From: Candidatus Nomurabacteria bacterium
GTDB taxonomy: Bacteria > Patescibacteriota > Minisyncoccia > Phycocordibacterales > UBA9973
Assembly: GCA_023267215.1 (NCBI GenBank)
Contig: JAHFNS010000001.1
Location: 239,507-303,506, forward strand
DNA length: 64,000 bases
Reading direction: 5' to 3'
Part shown: in pieces, positions 61,360-64,000 of the stretch
How positions within the stretch are numbered: position 1 is the stretch's first letter
Layout: each line of letters starts with the position of its first letter
The notes under the pieces: generated by a model
What the model was told of the DNA's origin: nothing
What the model saw: the letters and a program-made list of their open reading frames with translations, nothing else
The model's database searches: none
Position numbers and translations under genes: made by a program

Positions 61360-62115
61360 TTATTTATGAGTTTTAAAATAATTAACAAAACCACTTTTAA
61401 AAATACTTTCAATAAATTCAAAATTTATAGGTGAGTTAAAAATATAATTTTTTGATATTCTACTTAACATTGAGGATGCTATTGATTTTGAATCTAAAAA
61501 TACGTCAATAACTTTTGCTTTATGTATAAAAGAATTTCTAATTATTATTAAGCATTCAGAAAACTCATCTACATTTTTTATTTCTCTGAACTTTTCATCT
61601 CCACTTTTTTTAATCTTGAAGTGATTAAAGAGTGTTTGTCTTTGTCTCTCGCTCAAGTTTTCCCTCAAAAAAATTCTCATTTTTTCACTGCTTCCGTATT
61701 TATTTTTCCATTCTGTTTGAAGTTCTTTTAATATTTTTTCACTATCTCCATTAAATTCTTTTGTTTTTTCTTTAAGTCGTTTTGTATTAAGCCATGTAAA
61801 AAAATCTTGATATTCATCTTCCTCATATAAAGATTCTATGACGGAAAAGGAAACAATAATTTTTTGAGTTTGTTTATATGCCATTTTGGGTTTATTTCCC
61901 ATGATGTACCAAAATGCACTAAGCCAGATAAACTTATTTTTATTGTCTGGATTTAACGATGCAACAAATTCATTGAATTCCTTTCTGTCTTTAAAGTTTT
62001 CAGCTAAGAGTTTCCAAGAAAACTTTATCCAAATTCTATGTTGCTTATCTCTTAGTTCTTGCCTAATTTTATCTGCACTCTTAATCATTGATTTTTTATT
62101 ATTTTGTTTGGTCAT
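61360..62115 (-). CDS. Putative HEPN-domain protein
   Basis: RNSFIH (R-x4-H) motif with upstream VIESL. Confidence 0.6.
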   Translation of the reverse strand: MTKQNNKKSMIKSADKIRQELRDKQHRIWIKFSWKLLAENFKDRKEFNEFVASLNPDNKNKFIWLSAFWYIMGNKPKMAYKQTQKIIVSFSVIESLYEEDEYQDFFTWLNTKRLKEKTKEFNGDSEKILKELQTEWKNKYGSSEKMRIFLRENLSERQRQTLFNHFKIKKSGDEKFREIKNVDEFSECLIIIRNSFIHKAKVIDVFLDSKSIASSMLSRISKNYIFNSPINFEFIESIFKSGFVNYFKTHK

Positions 62116-63665
62116 TTTTGTCTACGTTCTTTTGCCATCATCGCCCGACGCTGGTGACGATTCATATTAGAAAATTCCTCTTTTTTGTGTTCTGAAACTG
62201 CAGGGTATTCCTCAACATGCCTATGTTCGAGGTTTATATTTTCTTCTTTCAATATATCAAGATCTTTTAAATCAGCTGCCAAATCAGCTTCTAGCTCGGG
62301 TGTCCATTCTGGAGGTTGTTCCGCAAAAACCATATCTTCAGATGACCCATTTAGTGCTCTTGGGTTTTCCATTGGTTCGGTTGCAACTCCGACAATTGTT
62401 TTTATATTTGGATATTTTTTTAACAATCCCAAACAATAAACTAAAAGCATGTCTGAACGCACCTTGCGATATTTTTCGTAACCTCCTTTCATTTCTCTGC
62501 TTGGGTGCTCCAATGTCATAAAGACGTAGCCAATTTTATCTTCTGGTCTTTCGGGCAATGGCAACATCGATCGAAATCTTCTATTTATTTTACGCTCCAC
62601 AGATGGAGTTTTTTCTTCGAGTACTTCAATAATTCCTTTGCCGAGCATACGGCGATGGAGTCTTGGTTCATTAGCCATAATACTAACACCAATTTCGTAT
62701 TTAGATACATCAAGTGGTTTTCCGTCTGGAACTATCGTAGTTCCTGCTAATAAATGATTAGTGAAAGCTTCAATCAAGCGATCCCAAATATAAGAGTTTT
62801 CATCTGCTTCCTTTTTTCTTTTATATTGAGAACTCTTTAACATTTCAGTATATCCTCCGTCTATGGCCAAATGATCTCGAGCTTCCCAAGGGCGACCATC
62901 TGGATGTGGAAATCCATGTATGTTTTCAGTTCCAGTCAAATGCTCTAGGTAATAAGCTAGTAAATCTTCTTCTCCACTAGCAAGACCTAGATATCCTGAT
63001 CTGATGAATTTCTCTTTTTTTTCTAGATAGTCTGTAAAATCGGTGATGGTATCTAGTTCCCGCATAACAACATCAAAAGCAAGATCATCCATAACATGAA
63101 TAAATGATCCATCAGGATCTACGTCACCAACTCGAAAAGGAAAAAAATCAGGAGAAGATGAATCGAAATGTTTGCCACCTTTTATATTCGGTTGAATCAT
63201 AAAACTACCACTATCGCCATTAAAAAATTCACTACTTGCTTTATAGGCACCTCGTGCAATAGCTATCGCTTTTATTTTTCTTTTTTCAATTGTTGGAAGT
63301 TCAATGGGAAGTCTTTGAGTACAAGCAGGGTCAATAAAAATACGATCTGGATGTTCATTTATCCATCTTTCAGCACCTCTTATTTGTTTAACCGATTTTT
63401 GTACTGCTCTTTTGTACCAACGAACCCAAGCGACATTAGTATCTTTATCTTCCGACCATCCATTTTCCTTATCACTAAAAATTATAATGTGTTTTCCACA
63501 CACAACAAGTAAATCACACAGTTCTTTTCCTGTTCTGTGTCCATTAACAATTTCATCTCTATAAACATTAGGATATGCCCATAGATTAAGAAAGGTGCGA
63601 TCGGCTAGTTTGGCTAGATATCTTTCAGACTTAGTTGTTCCTGAACTTCGAGTAATTTTAGTCAT
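62112..63665 (-). CDS. Hypothetical protein with N-terminal PD-(D/E)xK/NERD-like domain
   Basis: SE.YL, ELCDLLVV...IIIFSDK, Q..GAERW. Confidence 0.65.
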   Translation of the reverse strand: MTKITRSSGTTKSERYLAKLADRTFLNLWAYPNVYRDEIVNGHRTGKELCDLLVVCGKHIIIFSDKENGWSEDKDTNVAWVRWYKRAVQKSVKQIRGAERWINEHPDRIFIDPACTQRLPIELPTIEKRKIKAIAIARGAYKASSEFFNGDSGSFMIQPNIKGGKHFDSSSPDFFPFRVGDVDPDGSFIHVMDDLAFDVVMRELDTITDFTDYLEKKEKFIRSGYLGLASGEEDLLAYYLEHLTGTENIHGFPHPDGRPWEARDHLAIDGGYTEMLKSSQYKRKKEADENSYIWDRLIEAFTNHLLAGTTIVPDGKPLDVSKYEIGVSIMANEPRLHRRMLGKGIIEVLEEKTPSVERKINRRFRSMLPLPERPEDKIGYVFMTLEHPSREMKGGYEKYRKVRSDMLLVYCLGLLKKYPNIKTIVGVATEPMENPRALNGSSEDMVFAEQPPEWTPELEADLAADLKDLDILKEENINLEHRHVEEYPAVSEHKKEEFSNMNRHQRRAMMAKERRQK

Positions 63666-63695
63666 GTAGCCTTAGTTATCATTTCATACAAATAA

Positions 63696-64000
63696 CTATA
63701 GATCTTTAACCTTAGTAAGAATTTCTTCAATGTTTTTATTGTGTACCAAGAAAAAGTGCAATTTGCCTTTACCTAGTTTCTCCCAAATTTTTGCGATAAT
63801 TTCTTTATATTTAGTATCTTCATTGCTTACTCTATCTTCTCCCTTCCATTCCAACGCAACTAGATTTCCTTTTTTAGTAACAGCAACAAAGTCAGGATAA
63901 AACTTTCCTTTTTTCCAACCTTGTATATAGAACGGATCGACTTTCTCACGATTACGTACCCAGAATTCTATATTCTCTAAAGTACCGAGATCTATACGAT
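63696..64000 (-). CDS. 3' end of a type III restriction (Res)-like subunit, partial
   Basis: FWVRN...FYPDFVA....VALEWKG...K; stop at 63696-63698. Confidence 0.72.
   Translation of the reverse strand, partial: RIDLGTLENIEFWVRNREKVDPFYIQGWKKGKFYPDFVAVTKKGNLVALEWKGEDRVSNEDTKYKEIIAKIWEKLGKGKLHFFLVHNKNIEEILTKVKDL

Larger units (their letters stand above)
47626..64000. mobile_element. Integrated defence / phage-related island (right end outside window)
   Basis: att-like fragment, Hachiman, terminase module, methylases, nucleases, no housekeeping genes. Confidence 0.75.

Overview
AT-rich window from a Patescibacteria (CPR) genome, most likely Parcubacteria. This call rests on the 16S primer-site variants, the tandem TrbC/VirB2-like pilins and the overall gene set. 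Positions 1-47.6 kb are chromosomal backbone: pilins, gyrA, rpsA, murC/D/E, secA, an unlinked 16S rRNA gene, secG, rnj, an HtrA protease, a cobalamin riboswitch ahead of two DUF4430 genes, thiol-redox genes, oxidative pentose-phosphate genes and ndh. From about 47.6 kb to the end is an accessory island. It begins at a degenerate tRNA-Gln-like 3' fragment and carries Hachiman (hamAB), a UDG-like gene, a ParB-MTase/MTase/TerS/TerL module with no portal or capsid gene in view, GIY-YIG, HEPN-like and PD-(D/E)xK-like genes, and a partial type III restriction subunit. The main signals not explained by the gene list are: (1) a GC-rich palindromic element family clustered around a DUF559 nuclease gene, which has also entered 16S helix 40 and a coding sequence; (2) an AGG-N5-CCT hairpin family linked to a RAYT transposase, with in-frame copies in genes such as murE; (3) a 16S 3' end with no anti-Shine-Dalgarno sequence and a structured tail, together with a recurring TGnTATAAT-N6-ATG leaderless gene architecture; (4) several candidate structured RNAs. 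All product calls come from motifs recognised by eye; no database searches were run.
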